From an uncultured Collinsella sp. (GTDB lineage: Bacteria > Actinomycetota > Coriobacteriia > Coriobacteriales > Coriobacteriaceae): a stretch of 64,000 bases of DNA. Position numbers and translations under genes: made by a program. The notes below the pieces were generated by a model, which saw nothing but the letters and a program-made list of their open reading frames with translations, had not been told where the DNA came from and did not search any database. Below are positions 38,190 through 51,420 of this stretch, piece by piece; the stretch's first letter is position 1; the number at the start of each line of letters is the position of its first letter. Where the stretch lies: positions 48,572 to 112,571 of the forward strand of contig CALAMK010000018.1 of the NCBI GenBank assembly GCA_937925735.1. The letters run 5' to 3'.

Positions 38190-40406
38190 TTACTTGTCGG
38201 TGCCTAGCTTGTGCGGTTTGTAGGCGAGGGCGTTGACGAGTGCGTCGGCGGCGGACTTGACGGCTGCCGGCTGCGGATCGTTGACGTGGTCCTCGGGGTG
38301 CACGGGCAGGTCTCTCTTGACGGCATCGTGGATCAGGTTGAGGTACTCGGTCACGCCCGTGTTCGAAAGGTGCGTGCCGTCGCCGTCGAACAGGTCGTTG
38401 CGGTTGGCACTATATCCGTACCAGTCGATAACGCGAACGTTTTTGTAGCGCGTGGCGGCGTTGGCGATGGCCTGGTTCGTGGACCCGACCCACGGCTGCG
38501 GGCTACGCGTGTTAACAAATACGACGATGCGCTGATCGCCGGCATCGGCCATGATGGCGTCAATCTGGGCGTCGGTCACCAGGCCGTTGGTGCCCAGCGC
38601 AAAGACCACGATCTTGCCGGCAAGGTTCTGCTGGATATAGCCCTCAAATGTCGCGCGGCCCGCATCAAACTGGCGGCCCTTTTCGGCATCGATATGGCTG
38701 TGCGGGAACACGCCGTCAAAGGAATCGACGGCGCGCAGCGACACGGAGTCACCGATCATCAACAGGTCGTAGGAGCCATCGGGGAAGCCGTCGTTGTCCT
38801 TGTCGGTGTCGTCGGCCGCCTGCTGGTCCTGGGGTTTTGCATTTTTGGCTCCCTTGTTCAGAACTTCTGCGCCCTCGCCGCTCAGCGCAGACGTCTCGGG
38901 CACAAAGATCAGGCCGCCCAGTGCAACGACCAACACGACAGCGCAGGCTGCGCAGACAGGGACGTGCGCGCGTGCCCAGTTGACGGGCGTGGTGGTGCCA
39001 TCGCGGAATTCGGCGACGGTGCGGCCGAAGGCGCCCTTCCTAAACGGCGTTTCGATAAAGCGATAGGAGCACTCGGCTACGGCGACCACCACAAGTACCT
39101 GCAAGATGTACTGCCACCAGGGCGTATCGCTGATGTTGGCGACCGGGTTCATAAGCAGCAGCAGCGGATAGTGCCACAGGTAGATGCTATACGAGCGCTT
39201 GCCAACCCACACGAGCGGCTCGGCGGACAGTGCGCGGGCAACCATGCCCTGAGGCTGCACACATGCCGCAATAACCATGAGCGTGAGGATGGAGCATAAC
39301 AGCGTGCCGCCGCGATACTGGAACGCGGTGTAGCCGTTGGTGAGCGCGACCATGGCGGCAAGGCCAACCAGGCCCACGACGCCCAACACATCGATGGATG
39401 CGGGCGAGGACCAAAAGCGCACGAGGGCGCTCGGCTGTGCCGGGGCGGTATCGGCTGATTCGTCGGCCTTCTCGCCAGACTTGCCCTCGGCGTTCTTGCC
39501 GTGCTTGGCGGCGCCAGCCAGGCGATTGAGCCCCAAACGATGAGCGAGACGCACCGGCGCCAGGTCGCGATCGGGGATAAAGGCCATCCAGGCACCCAGT
39601 AGCAGCGAGAACACGCGGGTGTCGGTGCCGTAGTACACGCGGCTGGGGTCGGCGGCGGGATTGTAGAGCACCATCATGGCGAGGGCAGATACCGCGGCAA
39701 GGCCCAGAACCACGCGGCGCGTGTTGGGCTTGCTCACATGCATGGATACCATGGCAAACAGCAATGGCGGCCAAATCAGGTAGAACTGTTCCTCGATGGC
39801 GAGCGACCAAAAGTGCGTGAGCGGCGAGGGGTCGCCCAGAGCATTGAAGTACGAGACGTTTTGGGCAATCTGCCACCAGTTATTAAAAAACAGCAGCGAC
39901 GGCAGGATGTCGGGGCGCATCTTGGTGAGCATCACATGGTTAAAGATGGTGCACAGCGCGCAGGTCACCACCACAACGGTTACCACGGCGGGGAACAGGC
40001 GACGGATGCGGCGAATCCAGAAGCTCTTGAGGTCGATGCGGCCGGTCTTTGACACTTCGTTGATGAGCAGGCGCGTGATCAGATAGCCCGAGAGCACAAA
40101 GAAAATCGTGACGCCAAGCAGGCCGCCCTGTGCCCATGTGAGGTTGAGGTGATAGAGCACTACCGCGACGACGGCAAGCGTGCGCAGGCCGTCGAGGGCG
40201 GGGATATAGCGAGATTTGGGGCGCGTGGGCGCCTGTTCTTTTGCGGCGCTGTTGGTGTGGGTACCCTTGTTGGCGGGCGCGCGATGAGAGCCTGCGGCGC
40301 GGCGCGGCTCGGTGGCTTGTCGGTTAGCGCGCGAACGTTCGTGCGGCGCTTGTTGATCGCTCGCGTGGCGTGAGCTGCGCGAACTCGATCGCGGGAATTG
40401 TTCCAT
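38190..40406 (-). CDS. OatA-like O-acyltransferase (acyltransferase_3 membrane domain + C-terminal SGNH/GDSL hydrolase domain)
   Basis: N-terminal ~380 aa with 10 TM and acyltransferase-3 motifs (ALDGLRTLAVVAVVLYH...). C-terminal SGNH motifs GDSVS, GTNG, DGTH. Basic N-terminal extension. Confidence 0.8.
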   Translation of the reverse strand: MEQFPRSSSRSSRHASDQQAPHERSRANRQATEPRRAAGSHRAPANKGTHTNSAAKEQAPTRPKSRYIPALDGLRTLAVVAVVLYHLNLTWAQGGLLGVTIFFVLSGYLITRLLINEVSKTGRIDLKSFWIRRIRRLFPAVVTVVVVTCALCTIFNHVMLTKMRPDILPSLLFFNNWWQIAQNVSYFNALGDPSPLTHFWSLAIEEQFYLIWPPLLFAMVSMHVSKPNTRRVVLGLAAVSALAMMVLYNPAADPSRVYYGTDTRVFSLLLGAWMAFIPDRDLAPVRLAHRLGLNRLAGAAKHGKNAEGKSGEKADESADTAPAQPSALVRFWSSPASIDVLGVVGLVGLAAMVALTNGYTAFQYRGGTLLCSILTLMVIAACVQPQGMVARALSAEPLVWVGKRSYSIYLWHYPLLLLMNPVANISDTPWWQYILQVLVVVAVAECSYRFIETPFRKGAFGRTVAEFRDGTTTPVNWARAHVPVCAACAVVLVVALGGLIFVPETSALSGEGAEVLNKGAKNAKPQDQQAADDTDKDNDGFPDGSYDLLMIGDSVSLRAVDSFDGVFPHSHIDAEKGRQFDAGRATFEGYIQQNLAGKIVVFALGTNGLVTDAQIDAIMADAGDQRIVVFVNTRSPQPWVGSTNQAIANAATRYKNVRVIDWYGYSANRNDLFDGDGTHLSNTGVTEYLNLIHDAVKRDLPVHPEDHVNDPQPAAVKSAADALVNALAYKPHKLGTDK

Positions 40407-40592
40407 AAAACTTCATCCAATGACGAGAATAATCAGCACGCCTTCATTGTAGCCGCCTGCTCCTGTGAATGCTTGCTGCCGGCGCAAGCTCAAGCGCGCG
40501 TCCACATCAAAGTGAACTAAAGTTATAGAGGTGCGAGAGCGCACGATTGACGGCCAACAGCGGGTGCAGAGCCCGCGGACGAGGAGGTTTCC

Positions 40593-41570
40593 ATGGCAGA
40601 TTGCGGCATCGTTGTGGTGTTCGGCAGCATGAACATGGACCTTTCGGTGGCGTGCGAGCGCATGCCGCGTGCAGGCGAGACCGTCGGCGGCAGCGGATTC
40701 ATCACCAACGCCGGCGGCAAAGGCGCCAACCAGGCCGTAGCTGCCGCGCGCATGGGCGCGCGCACGCACATGATCGGCGCGGTCGGTCGCGACGCGTTCG
40801 GTGCGTCGCTCGTGGCGGGGCTCCAAGACGCCGGCGTGGACTGTGACTTTGTAGCGCATCGCGATGACGTGGAGACGGGAACGGCGACCATCATTCGCTG
40901 CGAGGGCGACAACCGTATCGTGCTGTCACCGGGCGCCAACCATGCGCTTGCGGGCGAGGACGTTGCCTGCGCGCTGAGACGTCTGGTGGCCGATGAGCTC
41001 GACGGAGACGCCAGCGATATTGCCCCGGCTGCCGGAAGCGTCTTTATCGCCCAGGGCGAATGTGACCTTGCGGCGACGGCCGAGGCGCTTGTTTGCGCTC
41101 ACGAGCTCGGGTTCTATACGGTCTTTAATCCGGCGCCTGCCTGCGAGTTGCCTGCGGAGGCCTGGCCTGCGGTCGACCTGGTCTGTCCCAACGAGACTGA
41201 GTGCCAGGTGCTGACGGGCATCTTGCCCGCGGATGATGCGAGCTGCGTCGCGGCGCTCAATGCCCTGCTCGCCAAGGGTGCCGGAGCTGCGGTCATCACG
41301 TTGGGCGGCGCCGGGTCGGTTACGCTCGGCGATGACGGCGAGCCGCTGCGCATGCCGGCGCTCTCGAGCACGTTGGTCGATACGACGGCCGCGGGCGATA
41401 CATTTATCGGTGCGCTTGCCGCGGCTCGCCTGGAGGGCCTGCCGCTCTTTGAGTGCATGGCGGCGGGTGCACGCGCCTCGGCGGTGACGGTGTCGCGCCT
41501 GGGCGCACAGCAGTCGATTCCCACGCGCGCCGAAGTTGATCGCGTGTTTGATTTAGACGATTTGGTATAA
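40593..41570 (+). CDS. rbsK: ribokinase (PfkB family)
   Basis: [17 protein letters not shown]/anion hole, and [15 protein letters not shown] catalytic motif. Confidence 0.8.
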   Translation: MADCGIVVVFGSMNMDLSVACERMPRAGETVGGSGFITNAGGKGANQAVAAARMGARTHMIGAVGRDAFGASLVAGLQDAGVDCDFVAHRDDVETGTATIIRCEGDNRIVLSPGANHALAGEDVACALRRLVADELDGDASDIAPAAGSVFIAQGECDLAATAEALVCAHELGFYTVFNPAPACELPAEAWPAVDLVCPNETECQVLTGILPADDASCVAALNALLAKGAGAAVITLGGAGSVTLGDDGEPLRMPALSSTLVDTTAAGDTFIGALAAARLEGLPLFECMAAGARASAVTVSRLGAQQSIPTRAEVDRVFDLDDLV

Positions 41571-41592
41571 GACGGAGAAGCGGAGTAGAGCA

Positions 41593-42567
41593 ATGGCAAT
41601 CAAGAAGCTGATCCTTGATCTGGATATGGGTGTGGACGATGCGATGGCGCTTGCCTATGCCATCGCGAGCCCCGAGGTGGAACTCGTGGGCATTACCACA
41701 TGTTTTGGCAACGTGCGCGTCGACCAGTCGGCGCATAACTGCCTGGCGGTGCTCGACCTGTTGGGCCGTCCCGAGGTGCCGGTGTACCTGGGTGCCGACC
41801 GTCCTCTGCAGGCGACTGAGCCTTATACGCCGCCGGCGTCCACCGCGCTCATTCACGGTAAGAACGGCATCGGCGGCGCGAGCGTGCCCGCGTCGCCCTA
41901 CGAGCCGGTGGGGGCGACATCGGCTGATGGCAACGCGGCGGTCGATTATCTGATCGATGCCGCGCGCACCTATGGTCCCGATCTGGTCTACGTAGCGACC
42001 GGCCCGCTCTCCAACCTGGCGCTTGCCCTGGAGCGCGATGCGGCGGCGGTGATGTCTATCGGCCGCGTGGTGGTAATGGGCGGTGCCCTGACCGTGCCCG
42101 GTAACGTGAGTGCGGGTGCCGAGGCCAACATGGCAAGCGATCCCGAGGCGGCCGATGCCGTGCTGCGCTCGGGCCGCAAACTCACCATGGTTGGTCTTGA
42201 CGTGACGCATCGCGTGGTGCTGACGCGCCGCGACATTGCCGGTTGGACGGGCTCGGGCACCATGGCGGGCTGCGCATTTGCGAGTATGGTCGAGCACTAC
42301 ATTGGCTCGTACGAGATGAACGCCCCTTACCTGGGCGGCTGCGCGCTGCACGATCCGCTTGCCGTTGCCGTGGCGATTGATCCCACGCTCGTGGGCGCAC
42401 TTGGTTGCAACTTGCGCGTCGACCTGCTCGGCGAGTATCGCGGCCGCACTATCTGCGACGAGCATCGCCTGTCCGACCCCGACAAGAGCGCGCTTGTGGC
42501 ACTCACCGTGGACGCCCCGCGCTTTCTGTCCGAGTTCAAGGCGCGCATGGCCCGCATCCTAGGCTAG
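41593..42567 (+). CDS. nucleoside hydrolase (inosine-uridine preferring, IunH/RihA-like)
   Basis: N-terminal DLDMGVDDAMAL (DxDxxxDD Ca-binding fingerprint); ~320 aa. Confidence 0.85.
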   Translation: MAIKKLILDLDMGVDDAMALAYAIASPEVELVGITTCFGNVRVDQSAHNCLAVLDLLGRPEVPVYLGADRPLQATEPYTPPASTALIHGKNGIGGASVPASPYEPVGATSADGNAAVDYLIDAARTYGPDLVYVATGPLSNLALALERDAAAVMSIGRVVVMGGALTVPGNVSAGAEANMASDPEAADAVLRSGRKLTMVGLDVTHRVVLTRRDIAGWTGSGTMAGCAFASMVEHYIGSYEMNAPYLGGCALHDPLAVAVAIDPTLVGALGCNLRVDLLGEYRGRTICDEHRLSDPDKSALVALTVDAPRFLSEFKARMARILG

Positions 42568-42684
42568 GCTCGGGATCGAAGCACGCCCATCTGCTCGATG
42601 TGGCCGCTGGCGGGCCGACATCTACCGTTCGCCAGCCCGATGGTCCCCGGGGCGGGGAGAGCGCTATAATGCATTCTGCATCTT

Positions 42685-42713
42685 GGATTGTTACTCCTGT
42701 GTGGAGGCATGCC
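42685..42713 (+). promoter_or_regulatory. RAT (ribonucleic antiterminator) site 1 for BglG/LicT-type antiterminator, preceded by TATAAT (42665-42670)
   Basis: GGATTGTTACTCCTGTGTGGAGGCATGCC matches the RAT consensus GGATTGTTACTGnnnnnnCAGGCAAAACC. Confidence 0.6.
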
Positions 42714-42730
42714 CAAGAGCAATACAACAC

Positions 42731-42790
42731 GGATTGTTACGTAAGGCATGACCGCAATAGCACTGCTATTGGCTATCATGCCTTTTTCTG
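42731..42790 (+). promoter_or_regulatory. RAT site 2 overlapping a rho-independent terminator (antitermination switch) upstream of the antiterminator gene
   Basis: GGATTGTTACGTAAGGCATGACC. Its 3' half (AGGCATGA...) forms the 5' arm of hairpin aggcatgaccgcaatagca/tgctattggctatcatgcct, followed by TTTTTCTGTG. Confidence 0.75.
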
Positions 42791-42816
42791 TGAGTGTTCT
42801 TGAAAGGAGGTTCACC

Positions 42817-43656
42817 ATGCTTGCAATTAAAAAGCTTAACAACAACGCGGTTCTTTGCCGTGACGGACAGGGGCGAGATGTCATCGCCATGGGCAGGGGC
42901 GTCGGTTTCGGCGGAGATTTTCCTCGAGAGCTCCCTCTTTCTAAAATCGAGCATACGTTTTACGACATTGATCCTAAAGGACAAGATGTCATGAGGGATC
43001 TTCCCTCGGATATCGTGATGTTTGCGGCGAAAGTTATGGACATCGTTGCCAACGAACTGCCCTACGACCTCTCGACCAATGCGACGCTGTTCATGGCTGA
43101 TCACCTGTCGTTTGCCGTTGCGCGAGCCCAAAAGGGGGTCCGCATCGCGATGCCTCTTGCCTATGAAGTGCGGGAGACGTATCCGAAGGAATACAAGGCT
43201 GCCCAGTTTATCGTCATGCGACTCGAGAAGGAGCTCGGAGAGCGGCTTCCCAAGGATGAGATTGCCAGTATTGCGATGAATCTCGTGAACGCACGGGTTG
43301 TTGAGGCCGTCAAAGCCACGGCCGAGCCCGCAAAGCAGTTCGACGATATGCTCGAGGACGTTATCGAGATTCTCGAAAGCGATTTCCGCATTATTGTCGA
43401 CCGCGATTCCTTTGATTTCACCCGCTTCGCCACGCATCTGCGGTACCTGTTCAAGCGCATTCAAGCCGGCGAGTCGCTGAACAGCGCCAACATGCAGATG
43501 TACAAGAACTTTCGTGAGGAGTTTCCGCAGTTGGCAGAGTGCGTGAAGCATATCGGTTCCTATTGTCGTGAAACGTGGGACGCCACGCTCTCCGAGGAGG
43601 AGGAACTCTATCTGATGATCCATCTCAACCGGATCATCTCCAAAAAAGGATTGTAA
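42817..43656 (+). CDS. PRD-domain transcriptional antiterminator, BglG/LicT/SacY family
   Basis: N-terminal CAT RNA-binding domain MLAIKKLNNNAVLCRDGQGRDVIAMGRGVGF followed by two PRD modules. RBS GAAAGGAGG. Confidence 0.85.
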   Translation: MLAIKKLNNNAVLCRDGQGRDVIAMGRGVGFGGDFPRELPLSKIEHTFYDIDPKGQDVMRDLPSDIVMFAAKVMDIVANELPYDLSTNATLFMADHLSFAVARAQKGVRIAMPLAYEVRETYPKEYKAAQFIVMRLEKELGERLPKDEIASIAMNLVNARVVEAVKATAEPAKQFDDMLEDVIEILESDFRIIVDRDSFDFTRFATHLRYLFKRIQAGESLNSANMQMYKNFREEFPQLAECVKHIGSYCRETWDATLSEEEELYLMIHLNRIISKKGL

Positions 43657-43722
43657 CCCGTAGCCATTCGGGGCATGACCTTTGCCGATTCGAACAGTAA
43701 GCCAAGATTGTGCAAAGGAGCC
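43648..43722 (+). promoter_or_regulatory. RAT site 3 (overlaps antiterminator stop codon) followed by a hairpin that sequesters the PTS gene RBS
   Basis: GGATTGTAACCCGTAGCCATTCGGGGCATGACC is RAT-like. Then CCTTTGC-(26 nt)-GCAAAGG, whose 3' arm contains the AAAGGAG Shine-Dalgarno for ATG 43724. Confidence 0.55.
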
Positions 43723-43723
43723 A

Positions 43724-46740
<3,017 letters not shown>

Positions 46741-46922
46741 TAACGTTAAGATGGACAAATGCGCCCGTTGGGGGAATAGTCGTGCCACTTCGCTTGACAA
46801 CAGGCTAAACTAGCTATTAAACATTTACTATTCTGTTTAGATTGAATTTGCGGTCGTTTAGTTGCCGAGCCACGGGGCGGTCAAGCCACGATGCTCGGCC
46901 GCGACCGATGCTAGGGGGAACG

Positions 46923-47933
46923 ATGGCTAAAGCAAGCGTCCGCGAGATCAGCCGCATTACCGGCTTTTCGCCCGCAACCGTGTCCAACGCGCTCAACCGC
47001 AAGCGCAGCGTGAGCGAGGAGACCGCCAAGGTCATCCTGGAGTGCGCGCAGTCGCTTGGCTATCAGCAGTCGACGCAGCTCGAGAGCATCCAGTTTGTGC
47101 TTGCGCGCAAGACGGGCGCCATCCTGGACGAGAGCACCTTCCATCCCGCGGTCATCGAGGGCGTGGAGCGCCAGGCGCGTCGCCACGGCATGAGCACGAG
47201 CTTTGTCTCGCTCGACTTTAGCGACCTGGACGCCGTGCGCCCGCAGGTCGAGGGCCTGATCGCCGACCCGTCGGCCGCCATCGTGCTGATGGGTACCGAG
47301 CTGGGCGAGGAGGACTACGCCCTGTTCGCCGACGCTGCCGCCCACCTGATTGTGCTCGACGGCTGGAGCGATCGCCAGTACTTCGATGCCGTAGTCATCG
47401 CCAACACCGATTCGGTGCTGCGTGCCGTGGATTACCTTATCGAGAAAGGCCACAGGCAAATCGGCTATCTGGCGGGCGACCTTCGGATCCGCAACTTTAA
47501 GGACCGCGAGCGCGGCTATCGCCAAGCGCTTGAGGACGCGGATCTTGAGGCCAACCCGGCATGGCACGTCACGCTGGGTACCACGCTCGAGGGCGCTTAT
47601 CACGACATGGGCGTGTGGCTCGACAACGTCTCGCGCGACGATCTGCCGACGGCTTTCTTTGCCGAGAACGACGTGCTCGCCGTGGGCGCCATGCGCGCGT
47701 TCAACGAGCACGGTATTCGCGTGCCCGAGGATGTCTCGATCATCGGCTTTGACGACCTGTCTTTGGGCGCCTTCTCCAACCCGCCGCTCACCACGGTGCA
47801 TGTTCCCAAGCACGAGGTGGGCGAGATCGCGGTGCGTCGCCTGGTGGGCAACATCCGCAACCCCAAGAGCTATACCTGCAAGACGGCCGTGTCGACCTAC
47901 TTTGTCGAGCGCCAGAGCGTGTGCGAGATCTAG
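46923..47933 (+). CDS. LacI-family transcriptional regulator
   Basis: HTH ASVREISRITGFSPATVSNALNRKRSVSEETAKVILECAQSLGY plus periplasmic-binding-protein-type sugar-binding core. RBS GGGGGAA. Confidence 0.85.
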   Translation: MAKASVREISRITGFSPATVSNALNRKRSVSEETAKVILECAQSLGYQQSTQLESIQFVLARKTGAILDESTFHPAVIEGVERQARRHGMSTSFVSLDFSDLDAVRPQVEGLIADPSAAIVLMGTELGEEDYALFADAAAHLIVLDGWSDRQYFDAVVIANTDSVLRAVDYLIEKGHRQIGYLAGDLRIRNFKDRERGYRQALEDADLEANPAWHVTLGTTLEGAYHDMGVWLDNVSRDDLPTAFFAENDVLAVGAMRAFNEHGIRVPEDVSIIGFDDLSLGAFSNPPLTTVHVPKHEVGEIAVRRLVGNIRNPKSYTCKTAVSTYFVERQSVCEI

Positions 47934-47988
47934 GCGAAGGCAACGCTGGGCCGTAGGGAGGCAAAGCTCGCTAAGGCAGCCATACATA

Positions 47989-48016
47989 ACGCTACTAAGA
48001 GAGGGTCCTTTGGGCC
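47989..48016 (+). terminator. rho-independent terminator after lacI-family gene
   Basis: AGAGGGTCC-ttt-GGGCCCTCT followed by TTTTTGA. Confidence 0.8.
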
Positions 48017-48190
48017 CTCTTTTTGATGCCCTTGTATGTTCAGTTTGTTTACATACCGTTTAGGCTGATTTCTCTACCGTCTACGGGTATTTCGCGTTAA
48101 ACTTCTAAACAGTAGAGTAAAACATTTAGTAAACAGAACAAAACGAAACATGCGTCTGTTTACTGAACATGTGATTAGGGGAGGACGTAC

Positions 48191-49591
48191 ATGGACAAGA
48201 TCAAGCTCGGTTTTGTGCCCACGCGCCGCAGCATCTTTAGCGCGCCGGACGCAATCAAGTATCGCGGCCTGACGGCTGATCGCCTGCGCGAGATCGGCGT
48301 CGACATCGTGGATATCGACGACATCAATGACGAGGGCCTGCTGTTCGACGACAGCCACATTGAGCCTATCGTCAAGAAATTCCGCGCCGAGGGCGTCGAT
48401 GGCATTATGCTGTGCCACGCCAACTTTGGCACCGAGTACGTTTGCGCTCGCCTTGCCCGCGAGCTCGGCCTACCCGTACTGCTGTGGGGCCCGCGCGACG
48501 AGCGCCCCGAGCCCGACGGCACGCGCCTGCGCGATAGCCAGTGCGGCCTGTTCGCCACCGGCAAGGTCCTGCGCCGCTTCCAGGTTCCCTTCACCTACAT
48601 GACCAACTGCCGCCTGACCGATCCCGAGTTCGAGCGCGGCGTTTGGGACTTCTTGGCCGTGTGCAACGTGGTCAAGACCTTCAAGCACACCCGCATCCTG
48701 CAGATGGCCACCCGTCCGTTCGACTTCTGGTCGACCATGTGCAACGAGGGTGAGCTGCTCGAGAAGTTCAACATCCAGCTTTCGCCTATCCCCATGACCG
48801 AGCTTGTCCAGGCTGTGCGCGACGCCCAGGCCGACGAGCAGGCCATGGCCGCCATGCTTGCCCACATCAACGACAGCTTTGAGATCTGCATCCCCGAGGA
48901 CAAGGTTCCCGCGGTCGCCGGTCTTGCCATCGCCATGAAGTGCCTGGTCGAGAAGTACGGCTGCAACGCCGGTGCCATTCAGTGCTGGAACGCTCTGCAG
49001 GACGAGCTGGGCATTATGCCCTGTGCTGCCAACGCCATCCTCAACGAGATGGGCATCCCCGTCGTGTGCGAGACCGATATCCACGGCGCCATCACCGCGC
49101 TGATGGTCGAGGCCGCCGACCTGGGCCGTCACCGCGGCATGTTCGCCGACTGGACCGTGCGTCATCCCGACAACGAGAACGGCGAGCTGCTGCAGCACTG
49201 CGGCCCCTGGCCCTGCAGCTGCGCGGCCGTCAAGCCCAAGCTCACCTACCCGCTGGCGTTCGATCACCCCGGCGCGCTGACGGCCGAGGCCAAGCACGGC
49301 GACCTCACCCTTGCCCGTTTTGACGGCGACAACGGCGAGTACTCGCTGCTGCTGGGCAATGCCCGCGGCATCGACGGCCCGGCCGGCATGGGCACCTACC
49401 TGTGGGTCGAGGTCGACAACCTCAAGCGCCTCGAGGCCAAGATCGTTGAGGGTCCCTACATCCACCACTGCGTCGCCATTCACGCCAACGTGGTGCCGGT
49501 GCTCTACGAGGCGTGCAAGTACATCGGCATTGCCCCCGACTTATACGACCCGATTGAAGAAGACGTCAAAGCCTACCTGCGAGGAGAGTAG
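48191..49591 (+). CDS. L-fucose isomerase-like (FucI/AraA-superfamily, COG2407-type) sugar isomerase of unknown specificity
   Basis: 466 aa, MDKIKLGFVPTRRSIF...; matches the short FucI-like isomerase family. RBS AGGGGAGGA. Confidence 0.55.
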   Translation: MDKIKLGFVPTRRSIFSAPDAIKYRGLTADRLREIGVDIVDIDDINDEGLLFDDSHIEPIVKKFRAEGVDGIMLCHANFGTEYVCARLARELGLPVLLWGPRDERPEPDGTRLRDSQCGLFATGKVLRRFQVPFTYMTNCRLTDPEFERGVWDFLAVCNVVKTFKHTRILQMATRPFDFWSTMCNEGELLEKFNIQLSPIPMTELVQAVRDAQADEQAMAAMLAHINDSFEICIPEDKVPAVAGLAIAMKCLVEKYGCNAGAIQCWNALQDELGIMPCAANAILNEMGIPVVCETDIHGAITALMVEAADLGRHRGMFADWTVRHPDNENGELLQHCGPWPCSCAAVKPKLTYPLAFDHPGALTAEAKHGDLTLARFDGDNGEYSLLLGNARGIDGPAGMGTYLWVEVDNLKRLEAKIVEGPYIHHCVAIHANVVPVLYEACKYIGIAPDLYDPIEEDVKAYLRGE

Positions 49592-49593
49592 AA

Positions 49594-50430
49594 ATGGCAA
49601 CTATCGAAGAGCTTGAGTCCCTGCGTTGGGACCTTCGCCGCGATTGCGTCGATATCATCATGGCTGGCGCCGGCGGCCACATCGGCGGCGACATGTCGGT
49701 GATTGACGCCCTCATGACCCTCTATGCCAACCACCTCAACATTTCGCCCGAGACCGTCGACGATCCCAACCGCGACCGCTTCGTGCTCTCTAAGGGCCAC
49801 GCCATGGAGGCTTACTACGCGGTGCTCTGCCACGAGGGCTATCTTGACCTCGACGACGTCAAGGCCCGCTTCTCCAAGTTCGGCAGCCCCTACATCGGCC
49901 ACCCCAACAACAAGCTCAAGGGCATCGAGATGAACTCGGGCTCGCTGGGTCACGGCCTGCCCGTGGCCGTGGGCATGGCGCTCGCCGGCAAGATGGACGG
50001 CCGCGACTATCGCGTCTACACCATCATGGGCGACGGCGAGCTTGCCGAGGGCTCGGTCTGGGAGGGCGCCATGAGCGGCGGCAACTACCAGCTCGATAAC
50101 CTGTGCGCGCTCGTGGACCGCAACCGCCTGCAGATCAGCGGCAGCACCGAGGACGTTATGAAGCAGGACTCGCAGGAGGAGCGCTGGGCAGCCTTCGGAT
50201 GGAACGTGCTCTCCATTCCGGGCAACGACGTCCGGGCCATCGACGCCGCGCTGACGCTTGCGGCCGAGACCTGCGGCAAGCCCACGGTCATCATCCTCAA
50301 CACGGTGAAGGGCTATGGCTCGCCTGTTATGGAGGACAAGGCCGCCTGGCATCATCACCTGCCCAATGATGAGGAATATGCCCAGATCATCGCCGATTTC
50401 GCTGCCCATAAGGAGGCCATCAATGGCTAA
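49594..50430 (+). CDS. transketolase, N-terminal (thiamine-PP-binding) subunit of a split transketolase
   Basis: GGHIGGDMSVIDALMTLY...SKGHAMEAYYAVL and GDGELAEG TPP-binding motif; 278 aa. Confidence 0.85.
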   Translation: MATIEELESLRWDLRRDCVDIIMAGAGGHIGGDMSVIDALMTLYANHLNISPETVDDPNRDRFVLSKGHAMEAYYAVLCHEGYLDLDDVKARFSKFGSPYIGHPNNKLKGIEMNSGSLGHGLPVAVGMALAGKMDGRDYRVYTIMGDGELAEGSVWEGAMSGGNYQLDNLCALVDRNRLQISGSTEDVMKQDSQEERWAAFGWNVLSIPGNDVRAIDAALTLAAETCGKPTVIILNTVKGYGSPVMEDKAAWHHHLPNDEEYAQIIADFAAHKEAING

Positions 50431-51364
50431 CAAGATCGCCAATCGCAAGGTTATCTGCGACACGCTGCTCGAGGCCGCGAAGACCGATAAGGATATCGTC
50501 GTCCTGTGCTCCGACTCCCGCGGCTCCGCATCGCTCACGCCGTTCTTTAATCAGTATCCCCAGCAGTCCGTCGAGGTCGGCATTGCCGAGCAGGACCTGG
50601 TGAGCATCGCTGCCGGCATGGCTTCGTGCGGCAAGAAGGCCTGGGCCGCCTCGCCGGCGTCCTTTGTGACCACGCGCTCGTATGAGCAGTGCAAGGTCGA
50701 CGTTTCGTACTCCAACACCAACGTCAAGCTCATCGGCATCTCGGGCGGCGTGTCCTACGGCGCTTTGGGCATGAGCCATCACTCCGCGCAGGATATCGCC
50801 GCCATGAGCGCGATTCCCAACATGCGCGTGTATCTGCCGAGCGACCGCTTCCAGACCGCCGAGCTCGTGCGGGCCCTGGTCGCCGATAACAAACCGGCCT
50901 ACATCCGCGTGGGCCGCAACCCGGTCGAGGACGTGTACACCGAGGACGAGTGCCCGTTCCAGATGGATCGCGCCACCTGGGTACGCCGCGGCACCGATGT
51001 GACGCTCGTCGCTACCGGCGAGATGGTCCGCCATGCCGTGGACGCTGCCGACCTGCTGGCCGAGCAGGGCATCTCGGCAACGGTACTCGACATGTACTGC
51101 GTCAAGCCGCTCGACGCCGAGGCCGTGATTGAGGCCGCCGGTGCCACGCGCGCCGTCGTGACCGTCGAGGAGCACAGCCCCTTCGGCGGTCTGGGCTCTA
51201 TGGTCGCGCAGGTGGTGGGCGAGCATTGCCCGCGTCCGGTCAAGTGCCTCTCCCTGCCCGACGCGCCGGTCATCACCGGCACGAGCCCCGAGGTCTTTGC
51301 ACACTACGGCCTGACGGGTGCCGGAATCGCGCAGACCGTCGCCGAATTCCTGCCCGCAGAGTAA
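50423..51364 (+). CDS. transketolase, C-terminal (pyrimidine-binding + C-terminal domain) subunit
   Basis: Start ATG 50423 overlaps the N-subunit stop. EVGIAEQDLVSIAAGMA and IGISGGVSYGALGMSHHS motifs. Confidence 0.85.
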   Translation: MANKIANRKVICDTLLEAAKTDKDIVVLCSDSRGSASLTPFFNQYPQQSVEVGIAEQDLVSIAAGMASCGKKAWAASPASFVTTRSYEQCKVDVSYSNTNVKLIGISGGVSYGALGMSHHSAQDIAAMSAIPNMRVYLPSDRFQTAELVRALVADNKPAYIRVGRNPVEDVYTEDECPFQMDRATWVRRGTDVTLVATGEMVRHAVDAADLLAEQGISATVLDMYCVKPLDAEAVIEAAGATRAVVTVEEHSPFGGLGSMVAQVVGEHCPRPVKCLSLPDAPVITGTSPEVFAHYGLTGAGIAQTVAEFLPAE

Positions 51365-51420
51365 CTGGAATGTGACAAAGGGACCGTCCCTTTGTCACAT
51401 TCATTTTGAAAGGGGTGGCC

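Noticed and set aside
38211-39299. 362-aa plus-strand ORF inside the OatA-like gene
   Set aside because: Antisense to a well-supported acyltransferase-3 + SGNH gene; low-complexity translation.
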